In this document: in pieces, positions 8,290 through 19,521 of the stretch
Position numbering within the stretch: position 1 is the stretch's first letter
Layout of the letters: every line of letters begins with the position of its first letter
Assembly: GCA_937863565.1 (NCBI GenBank)
Contig: CALMGJ010000020.1
Coordinates: 838 to 64,837 of the forward strand
Length of the DNA: 64,000 nt
Source: an uncultured bacterium
GTDB lineage: Bacteria > AUK180
Reading direction: 5' to 3'
Notes under the pieces: model-generated
What the model saw: only the letters and a program-made list of their open reading frames with translations
Database searches by the model: none
Told to the model about the DNA's origin: nothing
Position numbers and translations under genes: made by a program

Positions 8290-11200
8290 ATGGGAAGAAT
8301 CGACGAACTTCAGGTCTTTTTAAATCGTATTCAAAGCAACATTGCCAAAGATTCGGATTATCTTTCGGCCATGGCCATTCTTGCCAAGGAGGACAATTAC
8401 CCCAAGATACTTTCCCTCGCTCAGAATGGAAGAGCCCTCTTTCCGAATAACGGCATTTTTGATTACTGGTTCTCCCTCTCCAACTACAAAACCGGTAATA
8501 TCGAGATGGCCTTCGATACGATCGTCATCGCGATCGGAAAAACCCCCGAACACAAGGACAGCATTCTGCTGGCGCTTGATCTGGCAAGGATCACTAATGA
8601 AACAGGCAGTCTGATATCTTTCTTTAAGCTTGCCTTGGAACAATTGCCGAATAACCCCGATGTCCTCGAGAAGATAAGGGATTTCTTTGCCAATAATCCG
8701 GAATTGGTGAACGAGAACACCGATCTTCTGATGAAGACATATCTGAACGGCAAAAAAGAGGCCGGCGAGCTTTTATTCGACAAACTGTACTTTGAGAAAG
8801 CGGATGCCCCGGAAGCCCTTGATATATTCATCGAGAATTACGAGAAGAAGAAAAGCGATGAGGATTTCCTGAAATTCCTCGTTCTGGGCATCATTAAGAG
8901 CAGCCGGAAGGACCCCAAGGCGATAAATGCTTTGCGTGAAATATACAAGGCCGGGTTCAAATACAAGGACGTTATAAGTTACCTCGCCGATTTCTTTGCG
9001 TCCAAGGGGGTTTGGGACGATGAATCCCAGATCATCTGTGAAAATGCCGTTGCGTTGAAGATAGCCTCCTTCAACGTGTACAAGTTCCTTGCGCAGAAAT
9101 ATATGATGCTCCAACTCAAGGATGAGGACTCCCTCGAGATCATCTTCGGGTTCTTTGTTCATGAATCTGACAATAAAGATACGATAGCCTATCTCATTCC
9201 GTATATTATTAAAAAGGATAAATTCACGGAAGAGGAACGCGCATTCCTCAAGATCGCGTTCAAACTTTATCCCGAAAATTTCGATATCTTCAAAAAACTC
9301 GTGGAAAACCTCCTTTTCACTCCGGAAGAGGTTATCGACAATCTTTCTCTTCTTCAAAAGTATCTTGAAGAGAACCCCAATTCCGAGAGCGCCATAAGGC
9401 TTCTCGGCAATTCATACCTCAAACTCGGAAGAAGGGATTCTGAAGCCCTTTTCATTTACGAGAACCTCGTCAGGTTTGAACCGGAGAACGAAGAGCTGAT
9501 CCGCATACTCACAGAGTATTATCTCAGCGAGAACAGGAAGAGCAGACTGGCCATCATCATTTATGAGAAAGCTTTCTCGATGGGCATCAAATCGGTCCCT
9601 CTTTACAAACTGCTTTCAGACTACTATATCGAGAAGAACCTCGTCAACAACGACAATATTTCCGTTTTCCAGTTCGTATACGAGGATATCAGACAGGTAA
9701 GGGAGCACTATAGCGAATTTCTCGGACTTTTGCTAGGTTCTATAAAGGAAGGCAAGGTCAAACTTGAAGCTAACGAGTTCTTCTTCGATGTGCTCCGCGA
9801 CATCATCGACATACTCGGCGACGAGAACTACCTGAATGAATTTCTGAAATACGCGGTTGAATTCAAACGGATAGATAACGATTCACTCGCTCTTTACAAG
9901 AAGCTGTACGATAAGAAAAAGGACGACAAGGATTTTATCACACTCCTTTCCGAATGTTATTTCTCACGCAATGTCCTCGATGATACGGGAAGAGAGGTTT
10001 TTGAAAAACTTTTCCCCTCCTTTGAGGGCGATAAGAAACAGAAGGCCATCCTCCTTCTTTCGCAGTTTTATGTGGACAATAAAGTTCGCAATGATTTTTC
10101 TTCGGAGATCATTTCCTGGTCAAATGAACTTGTTTCCAAGGGCATCAAGCACGAGGGTAACCTCGAAAGGATGGTGCAGTTCGCCGTCAAGCACGGGAAA
10201 CAGGACCTTGAAACGCTCGAGCTGCTCACGCATTACCTCGAGATCAATAAGAACAATGCCGCCGTTTACCAGGCCGCAATGAATATAACCATAGCGCAGA
10301 GGATATACGAGAAGAAATACATCGGCATTGCAAAAAGAGCGCTCTCTTTCTACCCTGAATGGCCGGACCTTTTTAATTACTATGCGGTACTTCTCGCAGA
10401 GAACAAAGTGCGCGATGACGATACGTACGCGATATGGGAGAAATACCTGTTGCGGGGAGGAGAGGCGGATGTTATCATCTTCGAACTTCTTTCCTATTAT
10501 ATAAACAACAGAACGATCGACTCGAAAGCCGAGAAGGTCATTAAGATAGCGATATCAAAAGAATACAAGAACGCCCAGATACTGCTTCAGTATGCAAGAT
10601 GCCTTGCCAAAAGCGGGAACTTCACCGAACTTATTAAGGTGCTGGTCGAAGTGATCAATTATGAGATCACCGCAGCGCCTGACGTGAAGTTCATAGCCGA
10701 CAATCTGATGCTTTTTGCCAAATTCGATATTTTGAACAAATTTCTGGACAAATATTCGGAAAAGTCACGCACGATAATGGGTTACAGGATCAGGAATCTT
10801 TTCTATTCTGATCAGCTGGATAAATACGAGAATTATCTCGTGGCCTATGTAAAGAATGCAGAAATGATACCGGAGAACGCCGATGTGTTCGAGATATTCG
10901 GAGATCATTTCTTCTATATTAAAAACGACCCCAGAAAGGCCATGCTGGGTTATGAATATTACCTTAACGTTTACGCCAATGACCCGCTCGTTCTTTATAA
11001 AGCCTCTTTGTGCTCAATAGCCAACGGGGACCTCTACAGCGCGTTAAAATATATAAAAAAACTTCTGCTTTTCAGAGAGAGCGATATCGAAGCGCTTAAG
11101 ATCGCAGCGAACATCCACCTCGAGCTCGGCCAGTATGACGAAGCCGCCCAGCTCTACAAGAAGATCCAAAGCGGCGGATACAATGATTTCCAGATCCTGA

Positions 11201-14200
11201 AGAATTATGCGGAAGCGCTGTTCAAATCCGGCCAGTATTTCTCCGCGGTCGATATTCTGCGTGAAATACTGACGGAGAATCCCGACGATACGGAGATCAT
11301 GCTGAAACTGGCCTATGCATATACGTATATCGATTTCAAGGAGGACGCAATACATACTCTCGAAAGGACGATCGAGCTCGATCCCTTGAACAGGGAGGCT
11401 ATTTTTTCGCTTTTCTCGATCTGCCTTGAAGACCAGCGGTGCGACGCCAAGGCTCAGAGGATCTACGAGATGGTGCTCACACTGGATCCTAAGAACATGG
11501 ACTCGGGTAAGATGCTCTCGCGCATTTATGCCATCAACGGGCGCAATGACGAACGCGCTTTCGCCGTTTATAAATTCTCCTTCTCGTACGGAGAACCACT
11601 TCCCGAGGTCGTGAAGATACTTGCCAACAGGGCTATCGAGAAGAACGCCGACCTCGAAAAGGATTTTGCCATAGAAGTCCTGAAGAACGCGGTGGATTTC
11701 TTCCCGTCGAACACGAAATACTGGTCCACACTAATAGACCTCCTTGTGGGCGAATTCGAACTCGAACAGTATGCCGATTTCTTCGAACGTTCCTTTAAGA
11801 AGGAAATAAGAGTGGCGGACTGCGCAGAAAAGCTTGCCGAGATATTCTTCGAAAGGAAGGATCTGGATAAGGCCCTGTTCTATTCGGTGGCCGCTTTGAA
11901 CCAGAATCCTTACAAGAGCAATATTTACAACCTCATGGGCGAAATATACATCATCAGAGGCGATATGGAAAAGGCGCGTGAAGTGCTGGAAAAGGCCATC
12001 AATTACGAACAGAACGGATTTGCGGCCTATGTGAACTACGCCAATGTGATGTATGAGCTGAAGAACGCTCCCCTTGCGCTCGCCAATCTCGAGAAGGCCC
12101 TGAAAATAAATTCATACTATCTGCCTGCCGTATTGAAATACGCAAGCATCGCAGCGGAGAAGAACGCCGAACTCGAAAAAGCGAAGGAATACCTGCGCTT
12201 CATCAAAGAGATCTATCAGAAGAACTGGAGCATCCCGTACTGGCTTTCCGTGCTCAATAAAAAGCTTGGGGATTATGATATCGCCGTTGCCAATGCCAAA
12301 GAGGCCCTCGAGATAGAGAAGAACGAGGAGATCGTTCTTCTGTACAGCGAGCTTCTATGGGAGAGCGGCAACAGAGAAGATGCGATCAACTTCCTCATGC
12401 CTTACAGGGAGATGAACTCCCCGCGGATATTCACCGCTTTGGGTAAATATTATTTCCAGAAGCAGGATTTCGACAATGCGAAACTCAATTTCGGACAGTC
12501 GATGAGCATCGATCAGAAGGATGTCGATACGCAGATCGAGATGGGCAAGCTGCAGTATTACGTGGACAAGGACATGGAAGCGGCGCAGGTGGCTTTCCAG
12601 AATATCTTCGATTTCGATCCCGAGAACGCCGAAGCGAAAAGATTCCTCGGCAAGATCCATTTTGCACGCAAGCAACTTGACAAATCGTACGAATATTATA
12701 ATCAGGTTCTGGAATTCCTCGATGAAGAGGATCAGAACTACCTCACGATGATCAATTTCCAGAATGAGCGATATGAAGATGTGCTCCAGATCGGGCCTCA
12801 GCTTCTCCGCAAGAATCCGGATAATATCAAGATCCTCTACATTCTTTTCAGAACCTATAAAAAGCTCAACCTTTACGAGCAGGCCATCGCGACCTTCAAT
12901 AAACTTCGCTTAAAATCCTCCGAAGCGGCCCAGGAACTTTTCGGAGAGTTCTTCGCCATACTGCTCGAAACGGGAGATGTGACCGGACTCAGGAAGGAGC
13001 TCATCACTCTCACAAAGGACCCGAAGGTCAAGGGCAACTATTCTGAATATTTCTTCTTTATCGAATACCTGCTCTATCAAACGGATTATAACGAGATCAA
13101 ATATGTGCTGCCGGACGTTCTGAAAGCAAAAGAGGAAACAGCGGATTTCAAAAAGAACAAATCGCTCATGCTCCTCCACATCCTTCTTTTCGAAAATGAC
13201 CTGGCCGCGATCGACAAGTTCATACATTTTTTCAACCGCGCAGACGAAACGATAAAATTCCTGACGGCCATTTTCCAGCATAAAAGCGGCAGACAGGAAA
13301 GTGCGATCATGAATTTCAAGGACACGCATATCTTCTGGGATAAACCTTTCTTTTACAGGTTCCTGAAGCTCTTCAAGGACAGCGGGGCCCTCAAGCATCT
13401 CAAAGAATCTTACAGATTCTCCCTCATCCTCGATATCTTGAGGATCGACGAGGCTTACAGCGACCTCGAAGGATGGATCGAACTTTTCATTTCTTTCGCC
13501 GAGGACCGCCTGGGAGAGAAATTCGCCGATAAGAACATCGACAAGGCGCTGAAGAACCTGCTCGCTCGAATGGAGCGTTACGAGCATATAGAAGGGAAAC
13601 AGCAGGACATCAACACGGACCTCGTACTTCATGTAACGCAGATCTTCAATTTCACCAAGAAGAATTACAAGGAAGCCAAGAAGATATCCCAGAAATACAC
13701 GAAAGACGGTTTGCTCTTCTGCAAAGCATTCTACGAAGAAGCCATGAAAAAGAAGATCGATACGAAGAAACTCCTGCGGGTGATCTCGGAGAACCTGCTC
13801 AAGGAAGAGATCCCGTTCTTCGTTTCCTTCCTTATTCAGCACAATATACCGGAGCTCATCAAGATCAAGATGCTTGACGAGGCGAAAGAACCCCTCGGGG
13901 AAGCTGAGATCGCCATTCTCTTCGATCTGTACAAGACCGGTCTGTTCGAGGATTCCGAATCTCTACGCGAGAAGCTCAAGACTTCGAATTCGTACTATAT
14001 GCGTTATCTCGTGTACAATTCACGCTTCGAAGAGGCTTACGAACTTGTTAAGAAGATGCATTATTTCGAATTCATCTCGCTCGAGAACAGCAAATATATA
14101 ATGGAGGTCCTCCGAATCAACGAGGACTACGATCAGCTCCTCTCCTACAAATTCAGGTTCTTCGAGAAGACCTTCATCGACGATGATTTCCAGCTCTATT

Positions 14201-17200
14201 ATGCGGTTTCTCTTTCAAAGTTCACGCTCGTGGATAATGCTCTCAAGATCTTGAGCTCCGTTAATTACTCCGAAGTGAGCTTTCTAAGCGCCATTGCGTC
14301 CGTCACGGACAATGATCAGGTCCCCGGAGATGCTGTTATAGATTCTTATATAGCATCCTCTCCAAGGCCGGAAGCCGTCTTTGAGCTTGTGAACTTCGCC
14401 AAAGATTACCGGAAAGACGTATTCTTGAAGCACGAGGAGCACCTGCGGGAGATCCTTTCACCGGAGGATTTTGAACTTCTTAAAGGCCGCACGCTGTTCA
14501 TGGAAGGAAAGTACTCTGAAGCAGCAGTATTCCTGAAGAAAAGCGACAGGCCGCAGGATTTCATGTGCGTGAGCTCGTTCCTTACCCCTGAAGAGAATAA
14601 GGCCATCCTGAAGCGTACTCTGTCTTATGTGGAATCAAGGATCGGTTATTTTTCGAAATACGAATCATTCCTCCCCTTCTCCTATAAAGGCATTTTCCTT
14701 CATAAATCCGCAGAGGATCTGCACAGGCTCCGTTATACTCTTTACGGCATCTATTCAGACGGGAGCGAACTCGATCAGCAGCTTCTCGTGGGAGAAGAGA
14801 TCGTCTCTGCCACTCCTGACCAGATGGAGATCTACAGCGGCATCTATTTCATCTATAAGGATTTTAAAAAGGATTACGGAAAAGCCCTGCATATTCTTAA
14901 TAAACTTCTCACCGCGAATCCCGAGGATTCGAAGCTTATCATCGAGAAAGCTAAACTGCTTAATGAGGAAGGCCGCGTCGATTATGCTCTCAATTTCCTC
15001 CTCGCCCAAGAAAAGAAAACGCGCGACATCCTTGCATTCACCGCAGAACTTTATGAGAGCAAGAAGATGTTCATAGATGCTATCGGCATCTATTCCCAGC
15101 TTTATGATATCTACAAGGAGCGCGAGATCTTCGAGAAGATCATTTCTCTTAAATATGATCTGAACCTGTACGCAGACCTGATAGATTCCGTGGGAAAAAG
15201 CGGGTTGAACTCGGATATGCTGTTTTACTATACAGGCATGTCCTTTCATAAGACCGGCGAATACAGAAGATCTAATGAGATGCTCACCAGGGTGAACCCC
15301 GACTTCCAGTTCAAGGATACCGTCAGCATAACGCTCGGGTTGAACAGCTTCAATCTCAAGGAATTCGAGAAGTCAAAGGGCGCTTTCAGCAAGGCCATCC
15401 AAAAGAAGATGAACGAGGATATCGCCTGGGCTAAACTGGCCGAAATACTTTATGCGAACGGTGAAAATGCCAATGCCGCGAAAGCTCTTGAAAAGGCGTT
15501 CAAGGTAGGTATAAATGATCCTACCGTGCATCTTCTCGCCGCGGAACTGTATTTCACGATGAACAAGAAGAGCGAACTCGTTAAAGAACTCCGTTTCCTT
15601 ACAAAGAATCCTCTGCCGGACGAGGCGCAATACCATCTGAGATACGGCAGCGTGCTATACAAGACGGGGAAGAACGACAAAGCTGAAACAGAGTTCCTCA
15701 GGGTACTTGACCTCGAGAATGACAATAGTGAAGCCCTGAAATACTTGACCGAGATATACCTTAAGGAGGAGGCATACCTGAAGTGTCTTCCCATCGTTCA
15801 AAGAGCCTATGAAGAAGACCCCGTCAAGAACGCGCTGTCATATTCGATCGCTCTTTATTCTACGGGCGAATACGCAAAGGCGAAAGAGATCGTTAAGAAC
15901 ATTTCTTCCGACGACGAAACGGTTTATTTGCTCAAAGGGAAACTCTACTATGAACTTAAGTCTTACGAGGAAGCCCAGGCCAGGTTCCAGATCATCCTTT
16001 CCAAGAATCCCAAGAATTTCGAAGCCCAGTTGTATATGGGGAAAGTGTACTCTGCCCAGTTCAAGATTCAGCAGGCCCTTCAGCATCTGAAGATCGCGGA
16101 ATCCCTGAACGAGAACAATTTTGAAGTGCTCAAATTCCTCGGTCTTTGCTACAATAAGCTCAGCGACACCATCAATACGATCATTTTCCTCAGGAAAGCC
16201 CTTACGGTCAAGCCCAACGACCATGAGACCATCGTCGAACTGGCCCAGCTCTACTTCAACAAAAAAAGATATAGAGAGGCTATCAAGGAGTTCAATAAAG
16301 CGATCAATATCAAGTTCAATATCCCGCAGTCCCATTTCCAGCTTGCAAAAGCATACCGAAATGTGGGAGATCTCTCCAATGCGGAAACGGCGATCAAGAA
16401 TGCGCTCGATCTTGACCCGAAGGAAGAGGTTTTTCTCGAGGAGAAGATCAATATCCTCAAGCTCAAGAGCAATTTCTCCGAAATATGCAAAACCCTTGAA
16501 CAATTCGAACAGGGCGGCGGGCCGCTTTCCCCGAAGTTCATGATGCACAAGGTCGAGGGGCTGAGGATGACCAACCGTTTCGATAATGCCCTGACCGAGA
16601 TCGGAAAATACGAGTTCCCCGCACCACTGAAGCGCGATGTAGAGAAGGAAAAAGCCCTGACGCTTTACCAGTTGCAGCGCTATGATGAAGCGCTCGTCAT
16701 CCTTGAAAAGCTCTACAAGGAGATCCCGGAGGATAAGCTGTTCATACCGCTCTGCCTTTCTCATCTCGAGAAGGACAATATCACAAGAGTGAAGCAGATC
16801 CTGAAGGGTTACAAGGGCGAACTGTTCAAGAGCGAGATCATCCCGTACATTCTCGGCTATATCGAGAAAAAAGAGGGCAATAAGGAGATCGCTCTCAATT
16901 ATTTCTATCAGGCGATCACCGTCAATAAAGGATTCGTCCGGGCATACCGGGAACTTTCTGAGATCTACTTCAAGAACCGCAACTATATAATGGCTGCGGA
17001 CATCATACACAATGCGCTGAAGTACGAAAAAGTGAAAAAGATGGATTTCTTCTACTACCTGGGCATCTGCTATATGAACCTGAACGAATACCCGAAGGCA
17101 TTGAAATACATGAAAGAGGCGCTGGCCTGGGATTATCAGGATTCCGGCCACTACATCTCCCAGATATACAAGAAGCTCGGATTGTGGGGATTCGCCCTTA

Positions 17201-17691
17201 TAACGATAAAAAGACTTCTTTTAGAGAACAGGATGAAAAGCGAGATCGCATGGCCGGACATCATTTATTACCTTTTCAGGATGGGAAGAAGGACCGATGC
17301 CGTTATCGAATCGTTCTTCCATCTGTCAGAGATAAAAGACGAGGAGATCATGAAGGAATTCTTAATGACGCTTCTCGAAGATTATGAAAAACCGTTCAGC
17401 GTGTACCTTATCGTAAGCCCGGGGCTGGATATATCACTGAAGAACGAGACGATGCTGGCCATCTATCTTGAAGCCGTATCCGGGATCGATAATCTTCCGG
17501 AGATAAAGGATACCGTGAAGAAAATAGAAGCGACCTTCGCCAATGCAGAGGCTCCCAGGCTTTTCGAAGCCCTTGGCGTTTACCATTACAAGAAGAACGA
17601 TCCTTCAAAGGCCTCCACATATCTGAAAAAAGCGATCGATCTCAATCCCGATCTGGAAAAGGCGATATATTTCCTTTCATTGATGAAATGA
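8290..17691 (+). CDS. giant (3133 aa) cytoplasmic tetratricopeptide-repeat (TPR) solenoid protein
   Basis: Single uninterrupted 9.4-kb ORF with no signal peptide. TPR signatures (..Y..G..Y...G.Y..A...F..AL.L.P.N) recur across the full length. Its stop overlaps the next gene's start (ATGA). Confidence 0.85.
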   Translation: MGRIDELQVFLNRIQSNIAKDSDYLSAMAILAKEDNYPKILSLAQNGRALFPNNGIFDYWFSLSNYKTGNIEMAFDTIVIAIGKTPEHKDSILLALDLARITNETGSLISFFKLALEQLPNNPDVLEKIRDFFANNPELVNENTDLLMKTYLNGKKEAGELLFDKLYFEKADAPEALDIFIENYEKKKSDEDFLKFLVLGIIKSSRKDPKAINALREIYKAGFKYKDVISYLADFFASKGVWDDESQIICENAVALKIASFNVYKFLAQKYMMLQLKDEDSLEIIFGFFVHESDNKDTIAYLIPYIIKKDKFTEEERAFLKIAFKLYPENFDIFKKLVENLLFTPEEVIDNLSLLQKYLEENPNSESAIRLLGNSYLKLGRRDSEALFIYENLVRFEPENEELIRILTEYYLSENRKSRLAIIIYEKAFSMGIKSVPLYKLLSDYYIEKNLVNNDNISVFQFVYEDIRQVREHYSEFLGLLLGSIKEGKVKLEANEFFFDVLRDIIDILGDENYLNEFLKYAVEFKRIDNDSLALYKKLYDKKKDDKDFITLLSECYFSRNVLDDTGREVFEKLFPSFEGDKKQKAILLLSQFYVDNKVRNDFSSEIISWSNELVSKGIKHEGNLERMVQFAVKHGKQDLETLELLTHYLEINKNNAAVYQAAMNITIAQRIYEKKYIGIAKRALSFYPEWPDLFNYYAVLLAENKVRDDDTYAIWEKYLLRGGEADVIIFELLSYYINNRTIDSKAEKVIKIAISKEYKNAQILLQYARCLAKSGNFTELIKVLVEVINYEITAAPDVKFIADNLMLFAKFDILNKFLDKYSEKSRTIMGYRIRNLFYSDQLDKYENYLVAYVKNAEMIPENADVFEIFGDHFFYIKNDPRKAMLGYEYYLNVYANDPLVLYKASLCSIANGDLYSALKYIKKLLLFRESDIEALKIAANIHLELGQYDEAAQLYKKIQSGGYNDFQILKNYAEALFKSGQYFSAVDILREILTENPDDTEIMLKLAYAYTYIDFKEDAIHTLERTIELDPLNREAIFSLFSICLEDQRCDAKAQRIYEMVLTLDPKNMDSGKMLSRIYAINGRNDERAFAVYKFSFSYGEPLPEVVKILANRAIEKNADLEKDFAIEVLKNAVDFFPSNTKYWSTLIDLLVGEFELEQYADFFERSFKKEIRVADCAEKLAEIFFERKDLDKALFYSVAALNQNPYKSNIYNLMGEIYIIRGDMEKAREVLEKAINYEQNGFAAYVNYANVMYELKNAPLALANLEKALKINSYYLPAVLKYASIAAEKNAELEKAKEYLRFIKEIYQKNWSIPYWLSVLNKKLGDYDIAVANAKEALEIEKNEEIVLLYSELLWESGNREDAINFLMPYREMNSPRIFTALGKYYFQKQDFDNAKLNFGQSMSIDQKDVDTQIEMGKLQYYVDKDMEAAQVAFQNIFDFDPENAEAKRFLGKIHFARKQLDKSYEYYNQVLEFLDEEDQNYLTMINFQNERYEDVLQIGPQLLRKNPDNIKILYILFRTYKKLNLYEQAIATFNKLRLKSSEAAQELFGEFFAILLETGDVTGLRKELITLTKDPKVKGNYSEYFFFIEYLLYQTDYNEIKYVLPDVLKAKEETADFKKNKSLMLLHILLFENDLAAIDKFIHFFNRADETIKFLTAIFQHKSGRQESAIMNFKDTHIFWDKPFFYRFLKLFKDSGALKHLKESYRFSLILDILRIDEAYSDLEGWIELFISFAEDRLGEKFADKNIDKALKNLLARMERYEHIEGKQQDINTDLVLHVTQIFNFTKKNYKEAKKISQKYTKDGLLFCKAFYEEAMKKKIDTKKLLRVISENLLKEEIPFFVSFLIQHNIPELIKIKMLDEAKEPLGEAEIAILFDLYKTGLFEDSESLREKLKTSNSYYMRYLVYNSRFEEAYELVKKMHYFEFISLENSKYIMEVLRINEDYDQLLSYKFRFFEKTFIDDDFQLYYAVSLSKFTLVDNALKILSSVNYSEVSFLSAIASVTDNDQVPGDAVIDSYIASSPRPEAVFELVNFAKDYRKDVFLKHEEHLREILSPEDFELLKGRTLFMEGKYSEAAVFLKKSDRPQDFMCVSSFLTPEENKAILKRTLSYVESRIGYFSKYESFLPFSYKGIFLHKSAEDLHRLRYTLYGIYSDGSELDQQLLVGEEIVSATPDQMEIYSGIYFIYKDFKKDYGKALHILNKLLTANPEDSKLIIEKAKLLNEEGRVDYALNFLLAQEKKTRDILAFTAELYESKKMFIDAIGIYSQLYDIYKEREIFEKIISLKYDLNLYADLIDSVGKSGLNSDMLFYYTGMSFHKTGEYRRSNEMLTRVNPDFQFKDTVSITLGLNSFNLKEFEKSKGAFSKAIQKKMNEDIAWAKLAEILYANGENANAAKALEKAFKVGINDPTVHLLAAELYFTMNKKSELVKELRFLTKNPLPDEAQYHLRYGSVLYKTGKNDKAETEFLRVLDLENDNSEALKYLTEIYLKEEAYLKCLPIVQRAYEEDPVKNALSYSIALYSTGEYAKAKEIVKNISSDDETVYLLKGKLYYELKSYEEAQARFQIILSKNPKNFEAQLYMGKVYSAQFKIQQALQHLKIAESLNENNFEVLKFLGLCYNKLSDTINTIIFLRKALTVKPNDHETIVELAQLYFNKKRYREAIKEFNKAINIKFNIPQSHFQLAKAYRNVGDLSNAETAIKNALDLDPKEEVFLEEKINILKLKSNFSEICKTLEQFEQGGGPLSPKFMMHKVEGLRMTNRFDNALTEIGKYEFPAPLKRDVEKEKALTLYQLQRYDEALVILEKLYKEIPEDKLFIPLCLSHLEKDNITRVKQILKGYKGELFKSEIIPYILGYIEKKEGNKEIALNYFYQAITVNKGFVRAYRELSEIYFKNRNYIMAADIIHNALKYEKVKKMDFFYYLGICYMNLNEYPKALKYMKEALAWDYQDSGHYISQIYKKLGLWGFALITIKRLLLENRMKSEIAWPDIIYYLFRMGRRTDAVIESFFHLSEIKDEEIMKEFLMTLLEDYEKPFSVYLIVSPGLDISLKNETMLAIYLEAVSGIDNLPEIKDTVKKIEATFANAEAPRLFEALGVYHYKKNDPSKASTYLKKAIDLNPDLEKAIYFLSLMK

Positions 17692-18116
17692 GATTCAAGA
17701 GGATAATCGCTTTTGTTCTTCTGCTCTTCATCCTCGCGGTGAACGCATTGCCGGGTTCATCCGTACAGAGCACGAAGGTCCTTGCCTTTTACCGGACTTC
17801 GGCTAACATTCTTTCCGTTTTCTCTTCAGGCGCTATTCTTCTTGGGACGGCCAATCTCTTCATCAGGGGCGATCCTGTCACTGAAGATCTCGATAAACTC
17901 CTGCATTTCACTTTCTATTTTATCCTTTCCTGCGCCTTTTTCGGGTCGGTGACGGGGCATACCGTCAGTCTCGGTTTTCTTTCATATTTTTCACTCGTGG
18001 ACGAACTTCACCAGATCCCCGTTTCCGGAAGAAGTTTTTCCCCCGGAGATATTTTTTTCGATCTGCTGGGTATTGCCCTGGTCTTCACGATGGCGGGTTC
18101 AGATGAAAAGCATTAA
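17688..18116 (+). CDS. VanZ-like family membrane protein
   Basis: 142 aa with 3-4 TM helices. DKLLHFTFYF...DELHQIPVSGRSFSPGDIFFDLLGIAL resembles the VanZ family motifs. Confidence 0.6.
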   Translation: MRFKRIIAFVLLLFILAVNALPGSSVQSTKVLAFYRTSANILSVFSSGAILLGTANLFIRGDPVTEDLDKLLHFTFYFILSCAFFGSVTGHTVSLGFLSYFSLVDELHQIPVSGRSFSPGDIFFDLLGIALVFTMAGSDEKH

Positions 18117-19521
18117 GTTCAAAACCCTGTTTTTTGTCCTGTGTCTTCTCGCTTTCCTTTTCATATTTCAATGGTATTTTATAAATTACTTCCTGAAGGG
18201 AGCTCTGGAAAAGCAGCTCATTAATTTCATGGCTAATATCGGCCAATCGGTCACGGGAGAGATCGATACGCGCCACCTCCAGGTTTTTGAGGGTTTTGAT
18301 ACAACCGTAACATATTCCAGACTGAAAGAGCGGCTTGAACATTATCTTGAAGATTTCAATATCGACAATATCAGTATCATCGATACGAACAAAAAGGTCG
18401 TAATAGACCTGAAATCAGGGCTTAAAAACGGCGACGACTTCGGGTATCTGGACCTCAACGAGATCCAGTTCAATGCCTTGAAGAGCGGAGTGATCAAACG
18501 TTCATCCCTTTACAAGAACGTTTACGGGAAATACACCGAGAACGTTTATATTCCGGTTTTCACCCCGAAGAGGGAATGCGCAGGCATTCTCATACTCAGC
18601 GCGTCTGCAAGGTTCTTGAACAGCATCGAAGATTTCCGCAAGAACATCCTGTGGCTGTACATTTCGCTCATTGTTCTTTCCTTAGGCCTGGGATTCCTGC
18701 TTTCCTCTTCTTTCGCACAGCCCGTTATCAACCTTTCAAAGATAGTTGACAGGATAGGCGGAGGCGACTACAGATCGCCGATACCGTACAGGAAGCGCAA
18801 TGACGAACTCGGGCATCTCGCAAGGAAGATCACAGAGATGATGCGCAAGATCGAACTTCGCGACCTTTTCATGAGGAAGATATCCGCGGGCATCGCGCAT
18901 GAGATAAGAAATCCCCTGACCGCGATCAAAGGCAATCTGATGCTGATCAAACGCAAATCGAACGGGAAGGAGATCGGTGAAATGATCGATGATAATCTGA
19001 AACAGGTGGACGCGCTTGAGGAGCTCGTTGCCGATTTCATGAATTTCGCCAAACCCGTAACGCTCGATATGAAACACATCCGTATCGGTGAAGTGTTGGG
19101 CTACGCATTGAAAGAGACCGAAATACTCCGCGGACAGAAGGAAGTAGAGCTCTTCTACGAATGCCCCGACGACGCTCTTATAGAAGGCGATATGAACTAT
19201 CTGAAAAGAGCTCTCGTAAATCTCATACGGAATGCGGCGGAGGCCGTGCCGGTAGGCGGGATGATCGAGATCACATGCCGCAGCGCCGACGGTAAATTAA
19301 CGCTGTACATAAAGGATTACGGGGCCGGTATAGACCCGGAGGACGCCGACAGGATCTTCGAACCGTTCTTTACGACAAAAACTACCGGCACCGGGCTGGG
19401 ACTTTCAATTGTTAAGGAAATCATGGAAAAACACGGCGGAAGCATAGATTTCGAATCCGTCAAAGGCGAGTATACGCGGTTCCGGATAGAGATGCCGCTT
19501 GCCAGGAGAGATTATGCATAG
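18103..19521 (+). CDS. sensor histidine kinase (periplasmic sensor, HAMP, HisKA, HATPase_c)
   Basis: Two TM helices flank a ~150-aa periplasmic domain. HAMP segment, H-box AHEIRNPLTAIKGN, N/G1/G2 boxes (NLIRNAAEA, DYGAGI, GTGLGLS). Start chosen at MKSIKF. Confidence 0.85.
   Translation: MKSIKFKTLFFVLCLLAFLFIFQWYFINYFLKGALEKQLINFMANIGQSVTGEIDTRHLQVFEGFDTTVTYSRLKERLEHYLEDFNIDNISIIDTNKKVVIDLKSGLKNGDDFGYLDLNEIQFNALKSGVIKRSSLYKNVYGKYTENVYIPVFTPKRECAGILILSASARFLNSIEDFRKNILWLYISLIVLSLGLGFLLSSSFAQPVINLSKIVDRIGGGDYRSPIPYRKRNDELGHLARKITEMMRKIELRDLFMRKISAGIAHEIRNPLTAIKGNLMLIKRKSNGKEIGEMIDDNLKQVDALEELVADFMNFAKPVTLDMKHIRIGEVLGYALKETEILRGQKEVELFYECPDDALIEGDMNYLKRALVNLIRNAAEAVPVGGMIEITCRSADGKLTLYIKDYGAGIDPEDADRIFEPFFTTKTTGTGLGLSIVKEIMEKHGGSIDFESVKGEYTRFRIEMPLARRDYA

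Noticed and set aside
8320-17151. Many 60-440-aa ORFs on the opposite strand or in alternative frames inside the giant TPR gene (e.g. 15838..17151 minus, 12910..13842 minus, 8773..9357 minus)
   Set aside because: They lie entirely within a long, compositionally coherent sense ORF with recurring TPR motifs. Antisense ORFs of this kind are expected in a 9.4-kb gene with a biased codon composition.
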